A stretch of 55,308 bases of DNA from Acidobacteriota bacterium (GCA_037441225.1 JBBISU010000019.1:1-55308), one strand, 5' to 3'. Shown: positions 38,398-48,524, counted from the stretch's first letter. Notes: generated by a model not told the origin, from the letters alone. Translations and numbers: made by a program.

Positions 38398-39447
38398 ATG
38401 GGAGCCAAAATCTCTGCTTGTGGCATTTATGTCCCTGAAAATACTATAGATAATAACAGCCTTTCTAAATATATGGACACCTCTGATGAATGGATAAGAG
38501 AAAGAACTGGAATCATAAAAAGACATTTTGCAAGCCCTGAGGAATCCACAATCGATTTAGCTTACAAAGCAGCATTAAACTTAATTGAAGAAAGCAAAAT
38601 AGCTCCTTCAACAATTGACTATATTATTTTTGCAACAATGACACCTGATTGTTATTTCCCTGGCTCTTCCCCCTTCTTTCAAAGAAAACTTAAATTAAAA
38701 TCTGTCCCCTGCCTTGATATAAGGGGAAAATGTGCTGGTTTTTTATTTGGAATGCAGCTGGCAAATTCTTTATTATTTTCTGAAAATTATAAAAAGATAC
38801 TTTTGATTGGTGCAGAAATCCATACCTGTCTTTTCCCTTTTGAACCATTAAAACCAATCCTTGAAAAAACCTTTGAAGAAATTAGCAAGGAAAATTTTGA
38901 ATTAAATTCAAAATACAGGGATAGAATGGTTTTATTTGGAGATAGCGCAGGATGCTTTTTACTTGAAAAAAACGAAAAAGGTGGAATAATTGATTCAATA
39001 ATTTATACAGATGGAAATTTAGCCGAAAAATTGATTATAAAAGCAGGTGGAAGCCTTAGAAGACCCTTCTTTAGTCCAAAAGATTATAATAATGAAGATA
39101 TAATTCCCGTCTTAGAAGGAAGAGAGGTCTTTAAATTAGCAGTTACATTGATGCCAAATGTAGTAATGGAAATTTTGGAAAAAAATGGTTATTCAATAGA
39201 TGATTTAAATCTTTTAATAATGCATCAAGCAAATTTAAGAATAAATGAAGCAGTTCAAATAAAATTAGGGCTGCCAGATAAAAAGATTTTCAACAATATA
39301 CAAAAATATGGAAATACAACTGCTGCGACAATTCCTTTGGTTTATTATGAAGCAAAAAAGGAAGGAAAAATAAAAGAAGGAGATTTAATTTGTTTTGTTG
39401 CCCTTGGAAGTGGCCTTCACTGGGGAGCATTGCTTTATAGAGCATAA
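38398..39447 (+). CDS. fabH: Beta-ketoacyl-ACP synthase III (FabH-like) with an internal insertion
   Basis: Cys-His-Asn triad contexts are present: GKCAGFLFG, MHQANLRI, YGNTTAATIPL. About 25 extra residues (LFPFEPLKPILEKTFEEISKENFELNSKY) lie before the LFGDSAG strand. Starts 1 nt after the mglA-like stop. Confidence 0.75.
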   Translation: MGAKISACGIYVPENTIDNNSLSKYMDTSDEWIRERTGIIKRHFASPEESTIDLAYKAALNLIEESKIAPSTIDYIIFATMTPDCYFPGSSPFFQRKLKLKSVPCLDIRGKCAGFLFGMQLANSLLFSENYKKILLIGAEIHTCLFPFEPLKPILEKTFEEISKENFELNSKYRDRMVLFGDSAGCFLLEKNEKGGIIDSIIYTDGNLAEKLIIKAGGSLRRPFFSPKDYNNEDIIPVLEGREVFKLAVTLMPNVVMEILEKNGYSIDDLNLLIMHQANLRINEAVQIKLGLPDKKIFNNIQKYGNTTAATIPLVYYEAKKEGKIKEGDLICFVALGSGLHWGALLYRA

Positions 39448-40048
39448 ACCTTATCTTTTAGGAATTTGTGGACCCACTTGCTCAGGCAAGACAATAATTT
39501 CAAAAAAATTATTAAAAATTTTTAAAGAAAAAAAACCTTATCTTTTTTCTATAGATATGTATTATAAAAGTTTATCAGAAGGTTTAAATCCTGAAGATTA
39601 CAATTTTGATTCACCAAAAGCCATTGATTTTCCTCTTCTTTTTAAAAATTTAAAACTTTTAATCATGGAAAAAACTTTTTTCGAACCTGTGTATGATTTC
39701 AAAACCCATAAAAGAATTTCTTATAAAAAAATAAAAAAAGAGCCAAAATTGATTATAATTGAAGGGATTTTTCTTTTTTGCTTTAAAAAATTAAGAGAAA
39801 TTTTGAATTATAAAGTTTATCTTGAAGCAACAGAAGAAGATATTTTAAAAAGGAGGATAAAAAGAGACCAAGCTTTAAGGGGCTCAAGCCCTGAATTTGT
39901 AAAAAAACAAATGGAAAAATTTGTTTTTGAAGGAAATAAAAAATATGTAGAAAAATATAAAACATATTCTGATCTGATTTTGCCTTCAAATCTTTCAATT
40001 AATGAAAAATTAAAATTAATATTAAATTTTGTTAAAATATCTAAATGA
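39395..40048 (+). CDS. udk: Uridine kinase-like P-loop kinase
   Basis: LLGICGPTCSGKT P-loop, NFDSPKAIDF and IIEGIF. The start is uncertain (TTG 39395/39401 or GTG 39407) and overlaps the fabH-like 3' end. Confidence 0.65.
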   Translation: MLPLEVAFTGEHCFIEHKPYLLGICGPTCSGKTIISKKLLKIFKEKKPYLFSIDMYYKSLSEGLNPEDYNFDSPKAIDFPLLFKNLKLLIMEKTFFEPVYDFKTHKRISYKKIKKEPKLIIIEGIFLFCFKKLREILNYKVYLEATEEDILKRRIKRDQALRGSSPEFVKKQMEKFVFEGNKKYVEKYKTYSDLILPSNLSINEKLKLILNFVKISK

Positions 40049-42447
40049 AATTAAAAGAAAATCTTCCCTTTATTTTTCCAATTCTTTTTTCAGCTGTTGT
40101 GATTTATTATCCAATAGTTTTTGGTTTCCTTATATCTCCAAATGATATTTTCTTCCATTATGACCCCTGGAGATATGGCTCTTTTGAATATGCTTCCTTA
40201 AACCCCACATTAAATGATCCTGCAACATCCTATTGGACAAAAGCATTTCTTTTTAAAAAAGAATCAAAAAGTTTATTTTTCAACCCTTACATTGCCTCTG
40301 GCTTTCCAGGTGCTTTGGATTTATTTTCAGGAATTTTAAACCCTTTTGTTTTGATTCCTATAATTTTTCCAATAGAATTTTTCTTCAGTATAATGGTCTT
40401 CCTTAAAATACTTATTTCTTATACTGGAATGTATTTGTTTTTAAAAACCTTTAATTTAAATCCCTGGAGCTGTGCTTTTGGTGGAATTTCTTATTCTTTC
40501 TTTGGCCAAAATTTAGTATGGCTTTTATGGCCCCAAACAAATATTTCATCTCTTTTTCCCTGGTTTTTTTATTCTTTAAGAATCAAAAATAAAGGATTAA
40601 GATTCTTTGTTTTATACCTCTTATTTCTTTTTTCTTTAACTGGTGGTTATCCACCCTATGTCTTAATATTTTTTTATTTTTTTCTTTCCTATTTAATCTT
40701 TTCAGAAATTAAAAATATTTTTTTTAAATTTAAAGTTTTAATATTTCCATTTATTTTTGCTTTTATAACTTTGTCTCCTTTTTTATATATAACATATTAT
40801 GATTTAAAGGAATCAAAACGCCTTGAGGCAAGAGAAAAATTAGGAGAATTAGAAGAACCTTTTCAATTAAAAAGTTTAATTTTATTTTTCTCTCCATATA
40901 AATTTGGAACTCCACAGGACTTTTCTTTAAAAGCAAAAGAAGGTTTTTATTCTCTTTGCTTTTATTTTGGAATTTTTGGTTTATTTTTCCTTCCTTTTGG
41001 CTTTTTATCAATAAAATATCCAGAAAAAAGATTTTTTATCCTCTCTATAATTTTTTTTATTTTAATCTTTTATTTTAATTCACCTTTAAGAAAACTAACT
41101 TTAAAACTTCCTTACCTTTCCTATTCTCAATTTTCAAGGATAACAATTTTATTTGGCTTTTCCTTATCAATTGTATCTTCTTTTGGTCTTGAATGGCTTA
41201 TTAAATCTTTAAAATTTAAAAGAATTTTACCCTTAATTTGCATAATTTCTTCAATTGAATTGGCATTTTTTGCTTCTAAATTTTTATCCTATCAAAAATT
41301 TGAAAAAATAAAGCCTGAGATTACACCATCTCTCTCTTTTCTTAAAGAAAAAATAAAAGATACGCCTTACAGAGTTTGTGGTTTTTACGATTCCCTCTGG
41401 CCCAACTCTTCTGAATATACAAGAATTCCTGATATAAGATCACATTTTTCATCTGAAAACTGGTACAGGGAATTTTTATCTTTAGCAGATCCAAATGTTT
41501 CAAAAAAAATGGGAACCTTTTTGCTCCTCTGGGATTTTAATGCCATAAATAGCCCTGTTTTTTCTTTCCTTTTTGTAAAATATATAACAGAACCACCTTT
41601 TATAAATACAATAAATCCAAAAATTGAAGAAAAGAAATATATTGAAATACCAGAAAAATTTATGGAGATCCCACGAAGTGGTATTAAAAGAAAAATTCAA
41701 TTTGAAGGAGTACCATACTTAATTGAATTTTATTTAAAAGATATAAAATCAAAGGTTCACTTAAATATCTATGAAGAATTTTCGCAAAGAATTTTAGAAA
41801 AATATTATTTAAAAGAAAAAGATGGTATATTTTATGTTTTAATTGAAAAACCCTGGGAATACAATTTTGCAAGGGCTATTTTTGAAATAGTAACAGAAGA
41901 ATCTGGAAAAATAGGGTTGAAGGGTGAAAATTTTTGCTTAAATATTTTCTATAGCCCTTATATAAAAGTTTATGAAAACAAGGATTTAAAAATTTTTGAA
42001 AATAGAAATGTTGATGAACCAGTTATTTTAACTTTTGATGTAAAGGAAGGTTTTCCAGTAAGGGAAGAAAATTTCCATTATTTTTCTTATTTTTCAAAAG
42101 AGGATTTCAAAGAAATAGATGGTTTTATTAAAAATACCAAAGGCAAGTCAAAAATAGGGAAGGTATCTATTCAAAATTTATCATTATATGGAGGAGATTT
42201 TAAAATTTCAACTAAAACAAATTCTGTTTTGGTTTTGCCTTTCAAGTATAATCCTTTTTGGGCTGAAGCAATTTTAGATGGTGAAAAGGTGAAAATTTAC
42301 AAGGCAAATGGTTGTATGTCTTCTGTCTTGATACCAGAAGGAGAACATTTTTTAAGTTTTGACTTTGGCAAAAAATTTATTCCTTATATTTTTATTTCTC
42401 TATTTATACTTTCAACTTCAATTGTGATATTTTTAATTTTATTATAA
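40045..42447 (+). CDS. YfhO-like polytopic membrane protein (second copy)
   Basis: 800 aa with many TM segments and a C-terminal beta-rich domain ending ..DGEKVKIYKANGCMSSVLIPEGEHFLSFDF + TM, as in the YfhO family. ATGA overlap with the udk-like gene. Confidence 0.5.
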   Translation: MKLKENLPFIFPILFSAVVIYYPIVFGFLISPNDIFFHYDPWRYGSFEYASLNPTLNDPATSYWTKAFLFKKESKSLFFNPYIASGFPGALDLFSGILNPFVLIPIIFPIEFFFSIMVFLKILISYTGMYLFLKTFNLNPWSCAFGGISYSFFGQNLVWLLWPQTNISSLFPWFFYSLRIKNKGLRFFVLYLLFLFSLTGGYPPYVLIFFYFFLSYLIFSEIKNIFFKFKVLIFPFIFAFITLSPFLYITYYDLKESKRLEAREKLGELEEPFQLKSLILFFSPYKFGTPQDFSLKAKEGFYSLCFYFGIFGLFFLPFGFLSIKYPEKRFFILSIIFFILIFYFNSPLRKLTLKLPYLSYSQFSRITILFGFSLSIVSSFGLEWLIKSLKFKRILPLICIISSIELAFFASKFLSYQKFEKIKPEITPSLSFLKEKIKDTPYRVCGFYDSLWPNSSEYTRIPDIRSHFSSENWYREFLSLADPNVSKKMGTFLLLWDFNAINSPVFSFLFVKYITEPPFINTINPKIEEKKYIEIPEKFMEIPRSGIKRKIQFEGVPYLIEFYLKDIKSKVHLNIYEEFSQRILEKYYLKEKDGIFYVLIEKPWEYNFARAIFEIVTEESGKIGLKGENFCLNIFYSPYIKVYENKDLKIFENRNVDEPVILTFDVKEGFPVREENFHYFSYFSKEDFKEIDGFIKNTKGKSKIGKVSIQNLSLYGGDFKISTKTNSVLVLPFKYNPFWAEAILDGEKVKIYKANGCMSSVLIPEGEHFLSFDFGKKFIPYIFISLFILSTSIVIFLILL

Positions 42448-42481
42448 AAAAAGGGGTGGCTTTTAAAGCCACCCCTTTTAT
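42445..42481. terminator. Bidirectional Rho-independent terminator between convergent genes
   Basis: aaaaaaGGGGTGGCttttaaaGCCACCCCtttta: perfect 8-bp GC stem with an A-run and a T-run. Confidence 0.85.
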
Positions 42482-42499
42482 ATCTTTTGGGATTTCCAA

Positions 42500-45400
42500 T
42501 TATTGACCAATTACATAAATTGCATCACCTGTGTAATTATCAACAACAGAACCATAAACAAGGACAGATCCATTTCCAGAAAGCACCTTCACCTTTGCAT
42601 ATCCATTATTTACATTGCCAATATTGAAGATTTCAAAAATCCTATTTATCTGCTTAAACTCATTTCCAGATAAATTAAACATACCACTTGCAAGTTCATT
42701 TCCATCAGAAGAATATAATTTTATTTCAACTGTTGCAGGGCTACCAGTGATTTCAGAAATGCCAATGTTTGTTCTGAAAGATTCATTTGATGCAAGGTGC
42801 AATATGTATTGTTCTTGATTAATTCCTATTGCTCCCTGGATAAGTGTAGATGGTACAAATTGTCCATAGGTCATATTTTCTTCCATTGATGTATAAATTC
42901 TTGATGTAGCAAGGACTCCTTCTGGGGCAATAATCTGGACTTCCCCTACATTATCAGTTAATCCAAAAAATTGTTCGATTAAATCATTTGTATAAATTAT
43001 ATTTTTCCCTTCTACTTCAACTGTCTTAGTATAAAGGTTTCCTTTTTCAACAAAATTAATGGTTACATCTTGTGCCTCTTCCTTTGGATTAAATATCCTT
43101 AAATCACTCTTCCAGAAAGTTCCTCTATCTCCTTCCTTATTAGCTGCAACGGCAATTGATTGGTTTTGCAAATTCCCTTCTTCTTTTAAAAGAGGAACAA
43201 AGATTGCATCATTTGAGTAATTATCCACAACAGAAGCATAAGCAAACAAGGCACCATCTCCATTAATTTTAATTTCAGCCCTTGCAGATGATTTAAAACC
43301 AGAGATACCTAAATTATTAAAGATATCATTTACTTGTAAAAATCCTTTTGGTTGTAAATTATAACTACCGCTTCCTAAGAGATTATTTTCATTATCATAA
43401 ATATTAATTAAAGCTTCCACAGGTTCTCCCTTCACTTCCATAAATCCAACATTTGTCCTAAAAGAAATAGAATTTATTAAGTGGAATATATGACCTACTT
43501 CATTCTGCCTTACAAAATAACTACTATCTTTTCCAATAGCACTGCTTACATCATAGCCCTTTACAAACTGCCCATAAGTTCCTAATTCAGTCCTATTATA
43601 AGTCCTTGCAGTAGAAATTGAGTTCCCATTGGATACAATTTGTATTCCACCTACTATATGGCTTAAGCCAAAGGTATTTTTTACTATGTCATTGAAAATT
43701 GCAAGTTTCTTTGGTTCAATTGTTCCTTTGAACTGATATGGTGTTTGAGTTCCATCTGTATCAGGTGGTATAAAGTACATTGTATAACTTATTGTTTTTT
43801 CTGTTGGATTAAAGATTTGAACATCTGTTTTCCAGAGTGAAGACCTGGCACCCTCTGCACTTGCAACAGCTGGAATTATTGTATTATATTCCTCAACAGG
43901 TGGAGCACCTGCTGTTGTAAAATGCCAAGCTTCACTGGAAGCATTTCCACAACTATTTACTGCATTTATAACCCAGTAATAAGTTGTACCTTCTTCTAAG
44001 TTTGAAACAACAAAAGATGTTCCAGTTGTTGTTCCTATAAGGTCTAAATAACCAACCATTTTGCCTAAATAAACCTCATAATAATCTGCACCAGAACCAG
44101 ACCAGACCAACTCAATTGGTGGAATTAAATCAGTTGAGCCATTTGGAGGAGATATGAGTTGTGGAGGATCTGGTGGAATGCAACCTGTCTCTGTTGTAAA
44201 AGACCATGTTGAAGAGGAAGTAGTTCCACAAGCATTAACTGCTTCTACCCTCCAGTAATAAGTTGTACTTTGAGAAAGGGATGGAATTGTAAACTGGCTT
44301 GATAATATATTTGATTGATAAAGAAGAGGTGTTGGGTTTGTACCAAAATATAAATTATAAGATGTAGCACCTGATGAATCCTGCCAATCAAGTAAAACAT
44401 TTGCTGTAGGTATACCAGTTGTTCCATTTGGAGGAGAAATTAGATTAAAAGCACCTGGTACTGGGCAAACCGTTGTAAAAGACCAAACTGCCGATGAGGT
44501 TGTTCCACAAATATTTACTGCATCCACATACCAATAATAAGTAGTATTCTGTGAAAGGGATGGTACTGTTATTTGACTTGTGGCAAGTCCGACTTGATAA
44601 AGAGGTGGGGGAATTGTTTGGCCTAAATAGAAATTATAAGATGTAGCGCCAGCTGAATCATCCCAGTCAAATAAGACATTTGTTAAAGGAACATTTGTTG
44701 AAAGATCTGGAGGTGTAATTAAATTAAAGGGATCTGGCAATGGACAGGAACAAACATTACATACAGGAGTTGTTACGGAAATATAAACATTGTCTATACG
44801 CCAGTACCAATCCCAAGCAGGTGTGAAAAAATGAAATTTTATTTGAATTGTTTGCCCAATGTAAGGTGTTAAATCAATTGTAACATGGTGCCCTGTTGAA
44901 GGATCATCTATTGTTTCATACCTTAAATTTGTCCAAGTTGCACCACCATCTATTGAAATATCTGTCCAAGCATCTCCATTTCCTAAATAGTCCTGGAAAT
45001 TGCAGTCATAATCAAGTATTGCACTTGCATAGCCAGAAAGATTAATTAGTGGAGTTATCATAGAAGTATCCATTCCACCACCACAGGCATCTGAATCTGC
45101 ATCTGCTGCTTCACCTGCACCACCTGTATCATTTGTAGCACCCCAGTATGCAGTTGACCGCCATACATCACAAGACCAACCAGGTTGTTCATCTACAATT
45201 GTCCAACCAAGAGGTGGCCAACTTTCAAATTCTTCAGAAAGAAGGTATATAACAGGACCAGAACCACCTACATTTATTTGAAATGTATCAACCCAGCTTC
45301 CTTCATTTGAAGTTATGTTTAAAGTAAAATCAATTGTTGTCCCACAGGGAATTGTTTCACTTAAGTAAACCTCAAAAGGAGTTGCAGGTGGTGCAAAAGA

Positions 45401-48325
45401 GCCAACAGGAATATCACCATAACTTGCATTTGAAACAATTATCGTAACAAGAGGATTTGTTGTGCTTAAAGATGCATTTATACCTGTTGAATGTGCAGTA
45501 CCTGTATTTTGTATAATTGGACTGATATCTAAGTATTCACCAGGGTCTGCATTTGAATCTCCATCACCTGGACCACCTGAAAGACAATCATCTACAAAAG
45601 AAGTTGACTGGATTGAAAGGTTTGGTGTACCAGGTGTACAAATATTGCATACTGGGGAGGATGTAACTGCAAAAATTGATATATCATCAATGTGGCAGTC
45701 ATTTCCATAAGCACTTACTCCAAGTATTCCAATCATAACATTTGCCTGCCCTGCATAAGCAGATAGATCAACGCTATGCTCTGTCCATTGTACCGTTCCA
45801 TCATACCTTGAAATTGGTGCTCCTACATCTGCCCAACTTGTTCCTCCATCTGTTGAAACTTGAACCTGAACATAATCATTTGAAGTATTATATTCAATGT
45901 CATGGTACATCCAAAAATAAATATTTATAGAACCATAAGTAGAAAAATCAAAAGGAACATTGTATTGGAGGCGTGCACTCTTTCCAGATATTACATGCCA
46001 GGAATTAAACCATACAAGATTTGGAGCAGAATGGGAAGCTGTACCTGAAGGATGATGCGTTCCTGCATTTGTTGCCCAGGCAGGTGTTGTCCCACCTGGA
46101 TTGTTTACCACAACAGAGGACCAGTTTGCAGGAAGCGCTGGTGGAGCAATGCCATCAAAATTCTCATAAAATATTCTTGTAAGGGTTGAACCAACAGACA
46201 ATTGGAACATATCTGCCCAGCCACCTTCATTTGAAGAAATACTTAAATTTAAATCAATTGTTGTACCACAGGGCATTGTGGAATCTAAATGTATAAGATA
46301 ACCAGTTATAGAAGTTCCAGTTCCAGAAGCAGGAATATCTGGATAATTTGAAGAATTATTTAAAACAGTCACACCTGGAGTTGTGCTTGATAGGATTGCA
46401 GAAACACCAGTTGCTCCATCTGTTCCACTGTTTCTCAAAGTAACAAAAATAGTTATATCTTCACCTGGGTCAATTACACTATCCCCATCTCCAATACCAC
46501 CTGTCAAGCAATCATCTGTGTATATTGAACTATCATATTCAAGATTTGGTATTGAAACAGCAGCTGTTGTAAAAGACCATTCTGCGCCAGTCATAGTACC
46601 TGAACTATTTTTTGCAATAACATACCAATAATAGGTAGTTCCATTTGCTAGTCCATTTGCAGTGTATTGCGAAGAAGTTAAATTGCTTTGAAATAAGGGC
46701 GGGGAGGGGGTTGTTCCAAAATATAAATCATAGTAAATTGCATAAGGCGCATCTTCCCAGTCAATTAAAAGACCATTTGTTGGCTGGTCAATAGAGCCAT
46801 CAGGTGGTGCAATGTTATTAAATGCCCCAGGGGGTGGTGGTCCTACACAAGAAACAATTGATATGCCATCAACTTCTGCATCCCCTTGAAAAGCACCAAC
46901 AAGTGTTGTTGAGCCATTTGTAAGGTTTACAGTCCTGAGTTCACCTCTGCTCAATGTAAGATTATAAGCAGCCATATACATAATTTGATTGTCTACATCA
47001 AAATCCATTCCTTGTGCATAATTTGCATTAAAACCAACAGGACCTAAAAGAGTTGGAACTGCTGTTGCTGCATCAATTTTATATAAATTATCATTTCCTA
47101 TGTCAAGTGTATATAAATTTCCTGAAGAATCTGCTGCCAAATTTATAGCACAACTAACACCTGACACTTGCCCAACTTCTGTTGTTGCTCCATTTGCTGG
47201 ATTTAATGTATAAAGATAAGTATTACTTCCACAGTCAGTTGAAATTGCATAGACAGTTCCATTTGCATGTTCTGCAAGACCTGTAAAATAAGGTGCTGCA
47301 GGGTTTGGAGTTGAACTTCCTAAAACTGTTTTAGAAGCATCTGTTGTGCTGTAAGCAACAAATTGATTTGTATTGTCATCTATTGCATATATTCTGCTGT
47401 AATCCCCACCTATAAAATCTGCTCCGAAAGGGTAATCTGAACCAAAACTTCCAACTACATTAAATGTCCCTGGATTTGAAAGGTCAAACCAGACAAGGTT
47501 TGAATTATCCAAATCAAATCCATAAGCAACAACAGAACAAGCAGAAGTAGTGGTTGTAAAAGACCAAACAGGTCCTGTGGCAGGAGGGCACGTATTTAAA
47601 GTGTTATCTGCTACCACATACCAGAAATACTGTGTATTTCCTGAAAGCCCTGTAACATCATACTGACTTACAGAAGTTGTTCCATAATAAGGGGGTGGGT
47701 TTGTTGTTCCAAAATATAAATCATAAGTATTTGCACCAGTTGAATCATCCCAGTTTAAAGTCAAAGTTGTTGGTTGGTTTATTGCCCCATCTGCAGGATT
47801 AGGATTTGAAGGAAATGAAATTTGTGGATTTGAAGGACAGGAAACTGTTAAGTTTAAATCAGAATCATTTCCTGGTTGATCACTTTCTGTTGTTGAAGAC
47901 CATAAAACATTTCGCAGTTGAAAAGAAATTGGAGTTCCATCACAAACATCTGTTAGAGTATCAAAAGTAAAAGATGCCAAAAGTTGCGAACCAGAACCAG
48001 AAGGAATTGGAAGACCTGCAGCAGCAAAATTTATCCAGTTTGGAAAAACTCCAACACTTTCCGTCCAACCATTAGTTGTAAGTATTGGTCCCATAGTGTA
48101 ACCTGAATATGAAAAAATAGTACTATCAAAATAAAGACCTCCACCTGCGCCATCATTACTCCATTGAACTGCTACCAAATCATCAGGATTATCAACCCAT
48201 ACTTCAACATTTATTTGGTTTCCACAGGTAGGGTTATTAGCCACAAGTGAAAAACTTCGCGCTGCAGAAAGCACTACCAGAGATGAGGATAAAAAAACAA
48301 GGAAAAAAAGAATTAATTTTTTCAT
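42500..48325 (-). CDS. Giant (1941 aa) secreted modular surface protein
   Basis: Signal peptide (aa 1-21) and a cohesin-like beta-sandwich (aa ~24-163). Five Fn3-like modules each end W(S/H)FTT (aa 172-258, 499-587, 1195-1285, 1288-1378, 1383-1471). A propeller-like segment spans aa 262-492. Two copies of a [DDCL.GG.GDGDS..DPGE...PCGTTID..L.I.SNEG.W] module plus a jelly-roll/MAM-like domain lie at aa 592-887 and 899-1186. Two ~230-aa C-terminal repeats lie at aa 1480-1712 and 1722-1941. Confidence 0.9.
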   Translation of the reverse strand: MKKLILFFLVFLSSSLVVLSAARSFSLVANNPTCGNQINVEVWVDNPDDLVAVQWSNDGAGGGLYFDSTIFSYSGYTMGPILTTNGWTESVGVFPNWINFAAAGLPIPSGSGSQLLASFTFDTLTDVCDGTPISFQLRNVLWSSTTESDQPGNDSDLNLTVSCPSNPQISFPSNPNPADGAINQPTTLTLNWDDSTGANTYDLYFGTTNPPPYYGTTSVSQYDVTGLSGNTQYFWYVVADNTLNTCPPATGPVWSFTTTTSACSVVAYGFDLDNSNLVWFDLSNPGTFNVVGSFGSDYPFGADFIGGDYSRIYAIDDNTNQFVAYSTTDASKTVLGSSTPNPAAPYFTGLAEHANGTVYAISTDCGSNTYLYTLNPANGATTEVGQVSGVSCAINLAADSSGNLYTLDIGNDNLYKIDAATAVPTLLGPVGFNANYAQGMDFDVDNQIMYMAAYNLTLSRGELRTVNLTNGSTTLVGAFQGDAEVDGISIVSCVGPPPPGAFNNIAPPDGSIDQPTNGLLIDWEDAPYAIYYDLYFGTTPSPPLFQSNLTSSQYTANGLANGTTYYWYVIAKNSSGTMTGAEWSFTTAAVSIPNLEYDSSIYTDDCLTGGIGDGDSVIDPGEDITIFVTLRNSGTDGATGVSAILSSTTPGVTVLNNSSNYPDIPASGTGTSITGYLIHLDSTMPCGTTIDLNLSISSNEGGWADMFQLSVGSTLTRIFYENFDGIAPPALPANWSSVVVNNPGGTTPAWATNAGTHHPSGTASHSAPNLVWFNSWHVISGKSARLQYNVPFDFSTYGSINIYFWMYHDIEYNTSNDYVQVQVSTDGGTSWADVGAPISRYDGTVQWTEHSVDLSAYAGQANVMIGILGVSAYGNDCHIDDISIFAVTSSPVCNICTPGTPNLSIQSTSFVDDCLSGGPGDGDSNADPGEYLDISPIIQNTGTAHSTGINASLSTTNPLVTIIVSNASYGDIPVGSFAPPATPFEVYLSETIPCGTTIDFTLNITSNEGSWVDTFQINVGGSGPVIYLLSEEFESWPPLGWTIVDEQPGWSCDVWRSTAYWGATNDTGGAGEAADADSDACGGGMDTSMITPLINLSGYASAILDYDCNFQDYLGNGDAWTDISIDGGATWTNLRYETIDDPSTGHHVTIDLTPYIGQTIQIKFHFFTPAWDWYWRIDNVYISVTTPVCNVCSCPLPDPFNLITPPDLSTNVPLTNVLFDWDDSAGATSYNFYLGQTIPPPLYQVGLATSQITVPSLSQNTTYYWYVDAVNICGTTSSAVWSFTTVCPVPGAFNLISPPNGTTGIPTANVLLDWQDSSGATSYNLYFGTNPTPLLYQSNILSSQFTIPSLSQSTTYYWRVEAVNACGTTSSSTWSFTTETGCIPPDPPQLISPPNGSTDLIPPIELVWSGSGADYYEVYLGKMVGYLDLIGTTTGTSFVVSNLEEGTTYYWVINAVNSCGNASSEAWHFTTAGAPPVEEYNTIIPAVASAEGARSSLWKTDVQIFNPTEKTISYTMYFIPPDTDGTQTPYQFKGTIEPKKLAIFNDIVKNTFGLSHIVGGIQIVSNGNSISTARTYNRTELGTYGQFVKGYDVSSAIGKDSSYFVRQNEVGHIFHLINSISFRTNVGFMEVKGEPVEALINIYDNENNLLGSGSYNLQPKGFLQVNDIFNNLGISGFKSSARAEIKINGDGALFAYASVVDNYSNDAIFVPLLKEEGNLQNQSIAVAANKEGDRGTFWKSDLRIFNPKEEAQDVTINFVEKGNLYTKTVEVEGKNIIYTNDLIEQFFGLTDNVGEVQIIAPEGVLATSRIYTSMEENMTYGQFVPSTLIQGAIGINQEQYILHLASNESFRTNIGISEITGSPATVEIKLYSSDGNELASGMFNLSGNEFKQINRIFEIFNIGNVNNGYAKVKVLSGNGSVLVYGSVVDNYTGDAIYVIGQ

Positions 48326-48353
48326 AATACCTCCTTGAGCTAAATTTCTAAAT

Positions 48354-48381
48354 ATTATATCAGATTTATTTTATTTGTCAA
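48354..48381 (-). promoter_or_regulatory. Consensus sigma-70 promoter of the giant surface-protein gene
   Basis: Minus strand reads TTGACA, a 16-nt spacer, then TATAAT (ttgacaaataaaataaatctgatataat). SD caaggaggt follows, 5 nt before the ATG at 48325. Confidence 0.75.
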
Positions 48382-48524
48382 GCAATTTTTTACAATTTTA
48401 AAATCTTTGATTTAAATTGTAATTTAAGATAAAATGATAAATTTAGCAAAGGTTTTGTTTCATCAATTAAAAAAAGGTATTAAAATTGAAAGAATAATAT
48501 AGCTAAATGAATTTTATTAAAGGT

